Assembly: GCA_964106645.2 (NCBI GenBank)
Contig: OZ067042.1
DNA from: Podarcis pityusensis
Lineage: Eukaryota
Strand: one strand, 5' to 3'
DNA length: 64,000 nucleotides
Of this stretch, positions 39,890 to 52,796 are shown in pieces (position 1 is the first letter of the stretch; each line of letters starts with the position of its first letter). The notes under the pieces are model-generated. The model was given only the letters and a program-made list of their open reading frames with translations, was not told the origin of the DNA and ran no database searches. The position numbers were made by a program, and so were the translations under genes.

Positions 39890-40472
39890 TCTCAGGAAAT
39901 GGCATCAAGTGAAGATCAGCAATTGAAAATCGCCGGTGTCAGCGAAGTTAACTCTTTATTCAAAGAAACCAAAACAGTGCAGGCTTAGTGATCCCAGCAG
40001 CTCTTCCCAGTGTGGCAGTTGTGAGGACTGAAGGTTCTTCCCACAGCTGCCTAAGTCGCCTCCTTTCCAGGGGTTTTTCAAAGCAATTGGAGACTGTGTC
40101 TGTGTGCAACCAATCCTCTGCTCTGCTCCTTTCATTACTCTGTGTGTTCTGGGAGACCAGGGGGAAGGGGAGCTGGTCACAGCAGGAGGGGGAGATTCCC
40201 TGGATTCTTCAGCAGTTTGTCTTCTCTTAGTCTCCTGACTCCCCTCCTCTTCTGCCTCTAGGTTCTGGAGTGCTCTCTGTCCCAGCTTCAGCTTGTTCAC
40301 TAAACCCTGCTGCCTCTTCAGCTTCCGACATTTCCTTCTCTCAGTCTGCTCCCTCTTCTCCCTCTGACCACATATCACCATCCCACCACTAACCCCCTGG
40401 CTCTGAGCCTTCCTCCCCAGGGGGTTCTCCAGCTGGTACCTCCCACTACTCCTCTCCAGCCAGTCCATGACA
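39890..40472 (-). mobile_element. Solo LTR (older)
   Basis: Minus strand starts TGTCATGG; AATAAA near its 3' end (39955-39960); other end degenerate (tctca); TSD ggagc / tgagc. Confidence 0.65.
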
Positions 40473-40625
40473 TGAGCCTATGATCAGGAGCAAAAGAGTA
40501 GCCACATGGGGCTGAAGGTTTTCTTTCTGGGCTAGTTGCCTACTCAAAATCTTCTCTCACAATTTCAGGGTTGGGCCATGGGCAGCTGAGGTGAGCCAGG
40601 GACCAGAAGCCTTTGGACATGTCAG

Positions 40626-41073
40626 TGTCAGGAGTTCAGCCTACACTCGAGTAGGACCCTGGCAGAGACACATGCCCGACTGGCATGTTCTCTCCCTCCT
40701 GGTCTTTCGTTCGGAAGCTTCATAAGCTTTCTTCATCCCGAACATCACATCAACCGATGCCAACCAACACCGGCACACTTAGAGATCCGCAGAGTTTGCG
40801 CAACTTGCGCATGACAGACCTCAGCAACTCAGCATTTTGGCTAATCTACTTTATTTACATATAAACACACACGGAGCACTGCAACATGGCTCCCTCTCTC
40901 TCTAGCATCAGACAGCAAAGAGGAAAAGACAAAGCACAATAGTCCCACTTCATGGAACACAGTAACACAAACATCCTGTCTCCGTCACTTTCCACTCTGT
41001 GGAGTCAAAACATATACTGTCATGTGAAAGACAAAAATCCCATGACTGCAATCACAGTGCAGGAATTCTAACA
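40626..41073 (-). mobile_element. Solo LTR, 448 bp
   Basis: TG...CA termini; perfect 5-bp TSD GTCAG (40621-40625, 41074-41078); minus-strand AATAAA near 40850. Confidence 0.88.
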
Positions 41074-41356
41074 GTCAGAACTACAGTTTTATGTGTACTG
41101 CATAGAGATCAGTTTTATTTAAAAAGTTGCTTAAATAAATAATACACTAGAGGACAAAGCAGGAGGCAGGACTGAGGAACAATCCAGATGTCAGGGGTAA
41201 ACTCCAGTTCGCAGAGGTTTTTTTGTGGGAGAAGCCATTTGCATTAAATATACATTATGGATATACGTCTGGCTGTGCTGGCTCTTAATGCACGACGTTG
41301 ACTCTCAGCAAATAATGTTCTGTGCTGACTGCGTTTTATTTTACTTTTTCTTTTAG

Positions 41357-41452
41357 GCACGATCAACCAAAGAGCAACGTTGGGGAGGTGCCCTCCTCTC
41401 ACGAAATCACTCTATGGAGGAGGAATTTGAAAGAGCGAAAGCAGCTGTTGAG
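41357..41452 (+). CDS. PEX5L: PEX5L exon 9: ARSTKEQRWGGALLSRNHSMEEEFERAKAAVE (first part of the HCN CNBD-binding core)
   Basis: ttttag|GCA...GTTGAG|gtattg; 96 nt, phase 0-0; EEEFE motif. Confidence 0.96.
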
Positions 41453-41959
41453 GTATTGTTTGACGTCTTGGAAAATGTCCCACCTGAAGTCGATCTAGCA
41501 AAGCAGCCTTTTGTTTAATGCAACAAAAGCACAACCTGGCATTAGGCAATTTGAGCTAAATGGAGCTAAAGTGATTGTGTTTCCATTGGAAAAATAATGG
41601 CGTGATCCTCAGCATGTTTCTCTGTGACATGGTTTCAAGTAGATGCGCTTAGGAGTGCCACCAAAGGGGAGCTTCTAGCATAAACAGTTTAAAGCACAGG
41701 AGTGTTCTTGCTAGCCATTCATCTGAGTCTGGGGTAAATATTCAAAAAACATATGTGTAACTAGGTGAGCAAAAGACCTAATTTCAGGTGTTTCTCACAG
41801 CAGGTTACCAGACCCCCCAATCAGTAGAAGGGTGGTTTCAGACCATTGCAATTTTTCTTTGGGATCCCATCACATTTTACAAAGTTCGGGTTGCACAATT
41901 AAAGTTTGGGTGGAGCTTTTGCACAACAAACTTGCTTCCTCCACATATTGTGAAGGAAG

Positions 41960-42128
41960 TGAAGGAAATAAGTAGCTATCCTATTTTTAAAAGACATCTG
42001 AAGGGAAGTTTTTAATATTTAACGCTGTATTGTTTTTAATACTTGATTGGGAGCCGCCCAGAGTGGCTGGGGAAACTCAGCCAGATGGGCAGGGTATAAA
42101 TAATAATTTATTATTATTATTATTATTA
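41960..42128 (+). mobile_element. L2 3' tail fragment
   Basis: KEISSYPIFKRHLK end plus the conserved tail and (TTA)n. Confidence 0.8.
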
Positions 42129-42514
42129 GACCTTTTAGGCAATGTTAGCTGTTTAGCGAGCGTTCATTCTGATTTGTTTGCGAGAAGTTATTTGATCTTT
42201 AAAGTGTATTTGTTCATTTCATAAAGTTTATATACTGCTGGATTGTACAAAACCTCAAACCTCACATGGAGCAATTGTCACCCCCATTTCCAATATGTTC
42301 CCCCTTCACTTTCCTTTTTACAAAGTCTGCTTTTTTGTAAGCTGGGGAGGTGGGGAGAGTTGGTTGTGCAAGAGAACCAAATCAACTATAATTGTGTAAC
42401 CTCTCTTTGTCAGTATGCGATTAAATCCCACTCGAAAATATCAACCGTCTGGAAGTGCCCAGAGAGAACGGGCAACGAGAATTGCACAAGCAAGAGAGAA
42501 GAGGGGGAACGAAC

Positions 42515-42517
<3 letters not shown>

Positions 42518-42549
<32 letters not shown>

Positions 42550-42555
42550 ACACAC
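42518..42555. repeat. (CA)n microsatellite
   Basis: Direct reading. Confidence 0.95.
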
Positions 42556-43764
42556 CCATTGAAACATGCACCCAGCCAGTTCAGTGTGAGTCCCTGGTGA
42601 GGATCACGAGGTTGATGCAAATAGAGAGACACTCAAATCAGCTGTGCAGTTCGGACCCTGGTTATACACACAGGTTTCCCTTGCTGTGCTGGGATATTTG
42701 GATCTCACATTCTTTTGTTTCGCATTTACAAAGGGTGCCCTACCCCATGCGCACACACCCCAGCACAAAAAATATCGGTCCTGACAACCAATGTCAGACT
42801 ACAGATGTGCTCCAAATCCTCCCTTGAAATTGAATTTGGGAAGGAGCCTTGAAAGATAAGTTTATTCTGTGTGTGGTCTCAGGAGCTCAGCCAGAAGTCT
42901 CTTGTATTAGCAGCATGCAGTAAAACCATTTATCCCAACCAACTGCTGCAAATCTAGGTGAGGAAGAACTGCTGTTCTCTCATTTTTATGCAATTGCATT
43001 TGCTTGTTTATCTCCAGCTTGATTCCAAAAGACTGAGAGATGGTGTTGTGGCTCTGTTTTCCCGATCTTCTTCTGCCAATCTGCCTTCAGCCTTTCCTCC
43101 AGGATCTTTGCCATTCTATTCACATTCCCCTTGACTGACAGCATCCCTGATACTCCAAAGCTGGGCTTCCTTTTAGCACAACGTGAAATGATTTAGCAGC
43201 TTATATGTGGCTTGGGATGAATTTTTACTGTACTATTTTCAGGGACCTAAGTGGGATCCGGACAATGTCCCTGTTCAATGCAAAAAGGCTGGGCCTGGCC
43301 ACTAAGAGATCTGGACTGTGCCTAGGGAGACATTTTCAGAAAAGCATAAGGCAAAACCTAGGCAGTTAAGTCAGAGCATTGACTAAGACTAAAACTCTCA
43401 GCAATTCGCACAGGCCTTGGGCAGCTGTTTCCATATTCAGGACAACTGTTTGTGACAGCGCTTCAAGGACTGTACCACTTCAGAATGCAAACGGGCATGG
43501 GATGTGTAGCAGACTGACCCCGCTATCTGCCCCCAATTAAATATAGCAGACCCACTGCACAGTACAACAATTAAATGGATTTCTACAATTTACCACAGGC
43601 TATCTTGCCTTGTCCTATGTGAGGGAAACTTCAGTTCAGAGTGTCTCGGAAAGGAGTTGATCAAAGAAGAACAGTTTTATTTACAAAAAAGATAGAGAGT
43701 TGGTGAAACAAGGTTGGGTCAAGAGATGCATTCTTTCAGGTAGAAGTTAACTTATAAGTTAACG

Positions 43765-44165
43765 CCCAGTATGTTTCCAAGCACAATTCAAAGTGTTGGT
43801 GCTGATCTTTAAAGCCCTAAATGGCCTTGGTCCAGTATACCTGAAGGAGCGTCTCCAACCCCATCGTTCTGCCTGGACACTGAGGTCCAGCTCCGAGGGC
43901 CTTCTGGCAGTTCCCTCACTGCAAGAAGCCAAGTTACAGGGAACCAGGCAGAGGGCCTTCTCGGTAGTGGCACCCGTCCTGTGGAACGCCCTCCCACCAG
44001 ATGTCAAAGAGAAAGACAACTACCAGACTTTTAGAAGACATCTGAAGGCAGCTCTGTTTAGGGAAACTTTTAATGTTTAATAGACTATTGTATTTTAATA
44101 TTCTGTTGGAAGCCGCCCAGAGTGGCTGGGGAAACCCAGCCAGATGGGCGGGGTATAAATAATAA

Positions 44166-44201
<36 letters not shown>
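43765..44201 (+). mobile_element. L2 LINE 3' end with complete 3' UTR and (TTA)n tail
   Basis: ORF 43793..44080 is highly similar to the C-terminus of the 24.8-25.8 kb copy. Confidence 0.92.
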
Positions 44202-47200
44202 TAAACACAAAGATGTCACAGGCTTAAACACAGTAGTAGAAGCACAGCTTTTCTTGAAATTCATTTACTCAGAAATCAGTTGTTACACCAGTTTCTGTTG
44301 TTGGGTGTGTGTTTTTAGGAAACCCTCAAATTTGCTGAGTGGAATTCTGAGGGAATTCTGGTTTGGCTCTGCTGCCTGTCACTGGGTGTCACATGATTGA
44401 AGTGCCCGCAATGCCTTTGGAAAAGTAGCTTTTCAGGAAAGGCGGTCTGCATAGCCTTCTCCCTGACATGCTACCTTTCTGTGTACAATGGCTCTTTGAT
44501 ATTCCCAATATTGAATTGCATGCTGGACCTTGTGCACTGCCTTGTGCTAGTCCTCACTGAATCATCCAAGTGGCACAGCTGGCAGGAAGAGTCTGACCTC
44601 TGGCAAGAAGACTCAGAAGAGGTGAAAGCATCTAGATCTCATTATGTTCCCAACAATGTCTTTGGGAACACAATAAGACCTTGAGGCTTTTGGATCTGCT
44701 GAGCTTCACTTTGGAGGCTGCAGAGTTCTTTTTTCCCCTGGGAAGCTGACATTTAGGAGGGTGGAACTGATACACACACCTCCAATTTTGGTGGGCAGAT
44801 CCAAACCCAATCCAGATCAGCCCTATTACTAGTGACATTTATACATTGCCTGTGTTTCAGAGCCACGTTAAGCATTATTTACACTGCCAGCTCCTAGTAG
44901 ACTAATGCAGAGTAATGGCGCTTTATGAATCATAAATAAAATAATAAGGTGTTATTGAAGCCATTCCTGCAAAGTGCTTTGAACATTTGAAATGTGCTAT
45001 ATAAATGCTAAGTATTTTTTCTTATTATTCCTTAAACCCACAATTTGTTTTCTAGTACAGATCATGCGATTTTTGTGGGTTTTCTGGCTATTTAGCAGGG
45101 AGTGGGGAGGAGACTTTATTTCTCTTTTGAATAAAACTCAGGCTTCAAATATGCCTAAAATGCTGGCAGCTATGCTTTTCAATTATGAAACATTCTGCAC
45201 AAAGTAAAGAGACTCTTTTTAATAGCATCCTTTCTCTAAAACATTTCACCTAGAGAGATAATTAAAACATATTCATATTATGGCCAGGGGTGGGTGGGGG
45301 GTGGGAGCGAAGCAGCTATTAGATTGGAATGTAATTAAAATACAGCTTACTTAAATTTGGGGTGTAAAATGAAAAGAAGATCCGCTGTATTGAATTGCCA
45401 CTGCAGTATGACTGAAAGGGCAATAAGGCTATGATTTGATTGTTTTCTGATGATTAGGCCTACTTAGATTATATCCTCATGCCATCTCAACACACTCGTC
45501 AACTGTCCTGATTTGAGCAGGACACCCCAGAATTACAGAAGCCACTTGTTCTTCTGATTGAATCGCAGAATGTCTCATTTTGGCTCTTGCAAGAGGGTGG
45601 CCTCAGAAGAAACTCATTTTATGGGGGAAGTGTACTCAACATGAGTCACCTGACTCTGTTGAGAACGTAGCCCCCCAAAGACACGTGTTTTGGGGGACCA
45701 TGCTTTCATGTGAGTCACATGAATCATGTGGGAACATCTCCCTGAAAGATTTTCCTCTGCGGCATGTTGGAGGGCATGTCTCAGCACCTTCACTCGAATT
45801 AAGATGGGGAGGCATGTACCCTTTGTCTTACCACCCCCACCTCCAACACACACAAACACTGGCCTGGTTTGCATATGACAATAAACCATGGCTGATTAAA
45901 CCTTGGCTTGGTGTTATGTGTGATCCCTACTCAGCAGCTTAGCTATGTGATTTTTTTTACTGCTAATGAACCACAGTCTGCAGCTATGGTTTGTTGACTT
46001 GTGAACTTTGGTTTGCTTTAGCTATGGCTTGGCTTTACACATGAGTCCAGCACCCATCCTTAACCATGGTTTTTTTGTCCGTCCTATCCCAGTCACTTGC
46101 CACACTACAAATATATGAAGCAAGAGCAGTTGGGACACAAACCAACCTTGAGAAGCAAGCCATGTTTACTTTGATGATCTGTTGGACAACTTGTGGTTAA
46201 CACATAGTTTATTATACTGTGACTTAGTGTTATGTGTGAACCAGAACCTTGTATGTAGAATGTAGCAGCTGAACGAGAAATTCTTTGCTTCTTTGAATGC
46301 TGATTCTGTGAAACAGACATAATCCAGATAAAAATTGTGGGTAGCTGCCCTGATCCATTTGAAAAGAAAAGAAAAATCCAAAAGCAGCAGTATCATAATC
46401 CATTTATTAAAACCGAGGAAAATGTCACAAAGTAGTGAGCAAGCTTTCAAGTGTACCAGAACCTTTATCCAGTCTGACTGTTGAGCAAAAAAAGCAGGGG
46501 GTGAGGAAGAGAAAATATATTGCTGGGTGTAGTGGAAAAGCTCTGTCTGCAGTTTATAAGTGTTTTAAGATTGAGTGCATGCGGTGTTATGTAGACTTAA
46601 ACAGGTTAACCTGTGTCCAAGTGTGACATACATCTTGGGTTATACCAGAGGCAACTGATTTTAACCAAATTTTGCATGATTGTTCCTGAGATCAAGGAGT
46701 AGATTTGCATCCATGTTTGGATACAGTTGGACGCCATTTTGAATCAAGGTGGTGGGTTGAACTTATCCAAACGGCATTGATTTTAACCACAGATTTCAAG
46801 ACTGTGCTGGGGGTGTTTTTTGTTCCTTAAAATTCCCATGCAATGCTAAATGCAAAGCAGCTAGTAGTCAATATATTAGCAAAGCTTGCGATTAATTGGA
46901 CGTAATCCAGGCAACTCACCACCTTCAAAGGCTACATACATCACAAGGTCAAGAGGATAATGGATTTATTTGAACATGCTCTTTCTAATTTCAGCAGTTC
47001 TATTCCATGCACAATTCAAGGAGCACAGATGAATCGAAAAACAGCTCTCCATCTTTCTTTGGGTACATAGGTTCTACGGCATATTACTCACGTAGGATCT
47101 TGGAGGTTCTTTTTTTTTTTGTACCGACTGCTATACGTTTTCATGAATGGAGAATGGTCTGCTGCACTCCTCCTGCCCCAGATTTATTTGTAAATTTGCA

Positions 47201-48763
47201 TGCAGAGGAGGATGCTTTCAGAAGGGGGCAGCTTTCCCTGCACTCTCATTTCATGGAATTCTCTGTAACAGTTAATTTTTGTTGTCAGCAAAATGCAGGC
47301 TAAGCTACAGCAAATCCTGCATCACGGAGAACAGATGCTGCCTGCAAGATAAAGGTCTTTTGGCTAAAGAAACCCAACTCCAGTGTGTGAGAAGAAACAT
47401 TAATTATAGAGACCTCGGACCAGTTGCCCTTCTGCTGAGGAGTTGTTTCAGTTGGCTGTTTATTCCTGGATCAAAGAAGAGAAGCGGAATCCAGCTCTAG
47501 TGGTGCAGCTTGGATGGAATATCCCTGAAATTAAATCAAAGTGCCCAGTGAATTAGCATAGGCGCGATGGGGATATGCAGATCTAAATGAATACTCCTTG
47601 CCAAGTCTGGACTTTGAGAGGGCTCTTGCAGAGCTAGATAGAACTGAGAGTTTCACATGCCATGTGAAAAGGAACCAGGTTATTGACTGTTCATAACTCT
47701 AAAGGCTCTGTTCCGACAGTCAAGAAAAACTAGAGATCCTTGTCTATGTTAACGTATTATTTTATGTTTACAAAGTATGCCAGCCTTCAGCAACCTGGTG
47801 CTATTCAGATGTTTTGGACTATAATTTCCATTTGCTGCAGCCCACTTTAGTTTTAGTCCAAAACTGCTGGAAAACATGAGGATGGACAAGCCTGAGATAC
47901 ACAATATAACATCTCCTTGCATCTTATCATATTATGTTGTGTGCATTTTTAAACTCTCTAATGCTGAATGCACACTATGCCTTTTAAAGCACATTTGAAA
48001 CAACCCTTTTCCTCCAAAAATTCCAGGCAGCATTTTTCCACTGCTAATTGCAGCAGGGGGACCAAATCCCATCAAGATCAAGGCTGGGGAGGGAAAGAAG
48101 CACCTCAGATTACGTTTTAAAATAAGCCATTGAATTAATGTACATGGAATTAGTGTGCCCTCAGCTGCACTAATAACCAGAGCAAAAGCAAAGTGAAAAC
48201 ATCCCTCCCAGATCCAAAATGTAGCATGATGAATCTTTAAGGGAATCTGGATGTTAGCTGAACCAGCAAAGTGTTTGTGTTGTGGATGCTGGTTGTTGCG
48301 ATTGCCAAACTTTAATTAGCAAGCAGTTATAATTCTAAGTACCCACAATGCTGATGGATTATTCCTGGGGCTCTGGCTGGTGATTTAAGACAATCCTGTT
48401 TATGATTTGCCTTTTTCATTTTGCGTCCAGGAGAAGCAGAGCTAAGCAGACAACAGACACAATAACCTCACGTTGTTCCCAAAAGTGCCCACATAAAACT
48501 ATATTGCTTGGACTTTATTAAGGAGGAAGTGCAGAGAGCATAGTCCAGTTTTATATAAACTGCTATTTGATAAGCCCCTGGGAGGACTGTCAGACTGTGA
48601 AGTCAAACCAAATCATGTTTGCTAGCAGGCAGACAAAGCCTGCCCTGCCTTTATGGTTTGGTAGCATTCGGAGCTAAATTACCTCTAGATTCTAGATACT
48701 TCTTATGAGTTGCAAAGTCCAAGTTACTTAAGTCTAGCAACTTAGCTGAATTTTAGTAGCAAC

Positions 48764-49250
48764 AGAGACATCACCTTGCCAACAAAGGTCCGTACAGTAA
48801 AAGCTATGGTTTTCCCAGTAGTGATGTATGGAAGTGAGAGCTGGACCATAAAGAAGGCTGATCGCCGAAGAATTTATGCTTTTGAATTATGGTGTTGGCG
48901 GAGACTCTTGAGAGTCCCATGGACTGCAAGAAGATCAAATCTATCCATTCTGAAGGAAATCAGCCCTGAGTGCTCACTGGAAGGACAGATTCTGAAGCTG
49001 AGGCTCTAATACTTTGGCCACCTCATGAGAAGAGAAGACTCCCTAGAAAAGACCCTGATGTTGGGAAAGATGGAGGACACAAGGAGAAGGGGACAACAGA
49101 GGACCAGATGGTTGGACAGTGTTCTCGAAGCTACCAGCATGAGTTTGACCAAACTGCAGGAGGCAGTGGAAGAGAGGAGTGCCTGGCGTGCTCTGGTCCA
49201 TGGGGTCACGAAGAGTCAGACACGACTAAACAACTAAACAACAACAACAA
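48764..49250 (+). mobile_element. Bov-B (RTE) LINE 3' end
   Basis: AMVFPVVMYGSESWTIKKADRRRI..FELWCWRRLLRVPW; internal stop; (CAA)n tail. Confidence 0.93.
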
Positions 49251-49515
49251 TTCCTCCCCCTCCCCACTTCTTAGGAATCCTGGGGTTCTACTCTCTCTCA
49301 TTCCCTTCTCCACTCCCGAAACTCTGACTCACCAAGAACGTTAGCAATCAAGGAGAAGGGGGAGAGGAGAAATTCAATTCAGTTCACATTTAACGGTCAA
49401 ATTCGCACTTCCTGAAATGATACGCAGCCATCCTGCAAGCCCCCCATTTCTCCAACCTTTGTAGTGCAGTTCTCCAGCCAAGTAATGTGTCCCAGAATGG
49501 GTATACTAGGGTGAG

Positions 49516-49775
49516 AGAGAACAGCCTTTGCCAAAGGTGGTCATGGGCTTTGAAGACGCTCGAACTCAGGACGCAAGGGAGAAATGTGCTAAGAGGAAGG
49601 CACACTTGGCAAATCCACACTGTGATCAACTCCAACCCGGAAACTAATGTCCCCACTGTGGAAGGATGTGTGGATCCAGAATTGGCCCCCACAGTCACTT
49701 ACGGACTCATTGTTAAAACCGTGTTTATGGAAGATGATCTTACTCAACTACGAGTGATTGCCAAAGAAGAAGAAG
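49516..49775 (+). mobile_element. RTE-clade LINE 3' end (not Bov-B) nested in an old DNA-element remnant (about 49350-50190)
   Basis: Encodes CPHCGRMCGSRIGPHSHLRTH zinc finger then a stop; (GAA)n tail. Confidence 0.75.
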
Positions 49776-51067
49776 ATATCAGAGTGAAGTGTGCATAAGC
49801 ATGCAAATATTAGCAGAGTTGTTGAGGTTTTTTGGCAAAATTGACGTTTTTGAGCTATTTTAAAGAAAAATCAGCAAAAATGCTACTGTCAACATGGGTT
49901 GCCATACATCTGGATTTTCCTAGACATTTTGCCGCTTTCTGCCCAGGCACTGCTTCCGACTACAGTATGTCCAGACATATGGCTACCCTACATTATATTA
50001 AGGAATATTATTTAGCAGCATTTGCTAAATTTATGTATATTTGGCCAAATTGCATACAAAAATGTGCACATTATGAGAAGTTTGCTTTGATGGATTTTCA
50101 CGAGGACAGTGCAGATGGATTTGGAAATGTGGGTAGATGAATTTAAGACTGGGAAATGAGACACTGAAATTGACAGATTCGTGCATCCCAGGCTTGAAGC
50201 GCAATGCAAAACTAGAGGTGACAAAGACACAGTCTCAGAGCTTGCAGCGTGGCATTTCATTAAGGTGCATGGAGTGAAAAAAGGTGAAAGCCAGCATTGC
50301 ATAGTGGCTAGAGCCTTGGGCTGGTACTGGGTTCAAAACCCCCCTCAGCCATGAAGCTGTTTGAGTTACAGTAGGCCAGTCACATTCTCCCTGTCCAACC
50401 TACTTCATTCGTAAAGGTTTCCAGAGCAGTTGTTCTGTTACTCTGCTGCTGAAGAAGAATTAAAACATAGCTTGCGGTGCCTACACTAACAAATTTGTTA
50501 TGGTATAAACTTTCATTGACTTATGCATGTAACGAAATCGACCGTAGTCTACAGAAACTTGTGTCATCATAATAAATATGTACCCTTTTTACGGTGCTGC
50601 AAGACCTTGTTTTGTTTCTATTTTGTAAGACTGCAGCGATGAAAAAATGAGGGTGGAGGAGAGAGTCAGATGTGCTGTCATGAGCACTGTAGATATAATT
50701 TTTGAAAAAGCATTGGGAAATCATCCATTGGTGACTGTACTGTGTATGCAAATGTTCAGGCTTGGTAATGTTCAATTCTTCCTCCCTTGACTGCTCACCT
50801 GAAAGACTTCTGCCCTCCCATCAACAGGTAGTCATCAGGATTACTTTGCATTTTTATTTGCCATTTTAAACAGGTGGCCTGGGATGAATATCCACCAAGA
50901 TCAGCTGGAGGCATTAGGTATTCAGAGTTTGCAGTTTTGGAAACAGAAAAAACGAAAACAGAAGATGCTGTGAAGCTGAAAGATGTTTTTCTCGCTCACA
51001 CACACTTTTTTCTTCCTCTTTTAAATCCTGCTTTCCTTGTTTTCCTTTTGATTTATCCTCTCCCTAG

Positions 51068-51184
51068 TCAGACACAGAGTTTTGGGATAAGATGCAAGCA
51101 GAGTGGGAAGAAATGGCTCGCAGAAACTGGATCTCCGACAGCCAAGAAGCACAAGGCCAAGCAGCTGTCTCCATTAATGAGAAG
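51068..51184 (+). CDS. PEX5L: PEX5L exon 10: SDTEFWDKMQAEWEEMARRNWISDSQEAQGQAAVSINEK
   Basis: ccctag|TCA...GAGAAG|gtaagg; 117 nt, phase 0-0. Confidence 0.96.
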
Positions 51185-52039
51185 GTAAGGCTGATGTTGT
51201 GGAGAGAGAAGGCTTGTAGGGCCGCTGGGTTGCCAGGGGCAACCATGGAAGCTTGACTAGGCCAAAGCCCTTGCCAGTAGCTAGAGGAGGGTGAAATAAT
51301 TTGGCAAATGCCTTTTTAATTTGTTCCAATGGCAGCTTTTAAGCACCAAACCAGGGATGCAGGTTGCTGGCCGCCACATGGCAGTGGTCCCAAGATGCCT
51401 GCTGCCTCTCTCCTCTGTGGCATTTAGTAAGGCAAAGTGAGGGAACTCACAAGACAACGAGGAGAGGAGTTGCAGGGCCTTATTCAAAGAGTGTGTAATG
51501 TGAGCATGAAAAAGACTGAAAAGAGGACGAGTGAGTCCATCAAGTTCCCCAGTTCTGCTGCTGGAAATAACTGCTGTGGCTTGGGCTGATGGGAGTTGTG
51601 TTTCCAAACATCCGGAGGGCTTCGCCAAGTTGGCGAAGGCTTTATTATATTATTTAATCAACTTTTTATGCTCATGTACCGCAAAAAAAAGACAGGACAG
51701 AGGTTCATTCAAGTGGTCTGTGGGTTTGTGGTTGAACATGGGAGATGACCTATCCGCCGCATTAAATATTTGTATTGATTCTTATTTGTATTAGAAATGA
51801 AAGCAGGAATTAAAATGCAATTAAAAATTGCACCCCATTTCGCACAGGCATTTATTACCATTGCTTTAATAGGCAGAAAGATCATTAAGTTGTCCACCAA
51901 GACCTTCATCTGTTTTCAAGTGGTCTGGGGGTGGGAAGTTGGGAACCACTGGTGCAGGAAATGAGCAATTTAATTCTAGGCTGTTTTCACCTTTTGAGGT
52001 ACTGTGCCTCAATGTCACCACATTCATTCTCTCTCCTAG

Positions 52040-52183
52040 GGCTATTATTTTCATACAGAGAACCCCTTCAAAGACTGGCCTGGCGCTTTTGAGGAAGGCC
52101 TCAAGAAGCTAAGGGAGGGGGACTTGCCCCTGGCCATCTTATACCTGGAAGCTGCTATTCTCCAAGATCCTCACGACTCCGAG
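52040..52183 (+). CDS. PEX5L: PEX5L exon 11: GYYFHTENPFKDWPGAFEEG...LQDPHDSE (start of the TPR region)
   Basis: ctcctag|GGC...TCCGAG|gtatcc; 144 nt, phase 0-0. Confidence 0.96.
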
Positions 52184-52429
52184 GTATCCGCTCTGGTTAA
52201 TATTCTGAAACTGGAATGCGTAGGCTTGAACTTATTTGCTAATAATGGAAATAAAGCCTTTAGCGGTCATGCTTAATATCATGATCGACATGATGTCTCC
52301 AGTACTATCAAGCTGGATGGGGATACACCATTGTATTAAAAGGGGAAAGTTTACAAATTAAGGATAAACCCACATTTCACATCCAATACAAAGCCTGCAA
52401 TATATATTCGGTTGCATCAGATGTTGTAA

Positions 52430-52796
52430 AGGTAAAGGTAAAGGTACCCCTGCCCGTACGAGCCAGTCTTGACAGACTCTAGGGTTGTGCGCTCATCTCA
52501 CTTAAGAGGCCGGGAGTCAGCGCTGTCCGGAGACACTTCCGGGTCACGTGGCCAGCGTGACGAAGCTGCTCTGGCGAGCCAGCACCAGCGCAGCACACGG
52601 AAACGCCGTTTACCTTCCCGCTATAAGGTGGTACCTATTTATCTACTTGCACTTAAGGGTGCTTTCGAACTGCTAGGTGGGCAGGAGCTGGGACTGAACG
52701 ACGGGAGCTCACCCCGCCACGGGGACTCGAACCGCCGACCATGCGATCGGCAAGTCCTAGGCGCTGAGGTTTTACCCACAGCGCCACCCACGTCCC
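52430..52796 (-). mobile_element. Sauria SINE (distinct subfamily)
   Basis: Perfect 15-bp TSD CATCAGATGTTGTAA (52415-52429, 52797-52811). Confidence 0.93.

Noticed and set aside
39956-40468. 170-aa charged ORF on the minus strand
   Set aside because: It lies wholly within a purine-rich solo LTR; composition explains the open frame.
42243-42827. 194-aa ORF
   Set aside because: TTG start, runs through a (CA)n microsatellite, no domain similarity.
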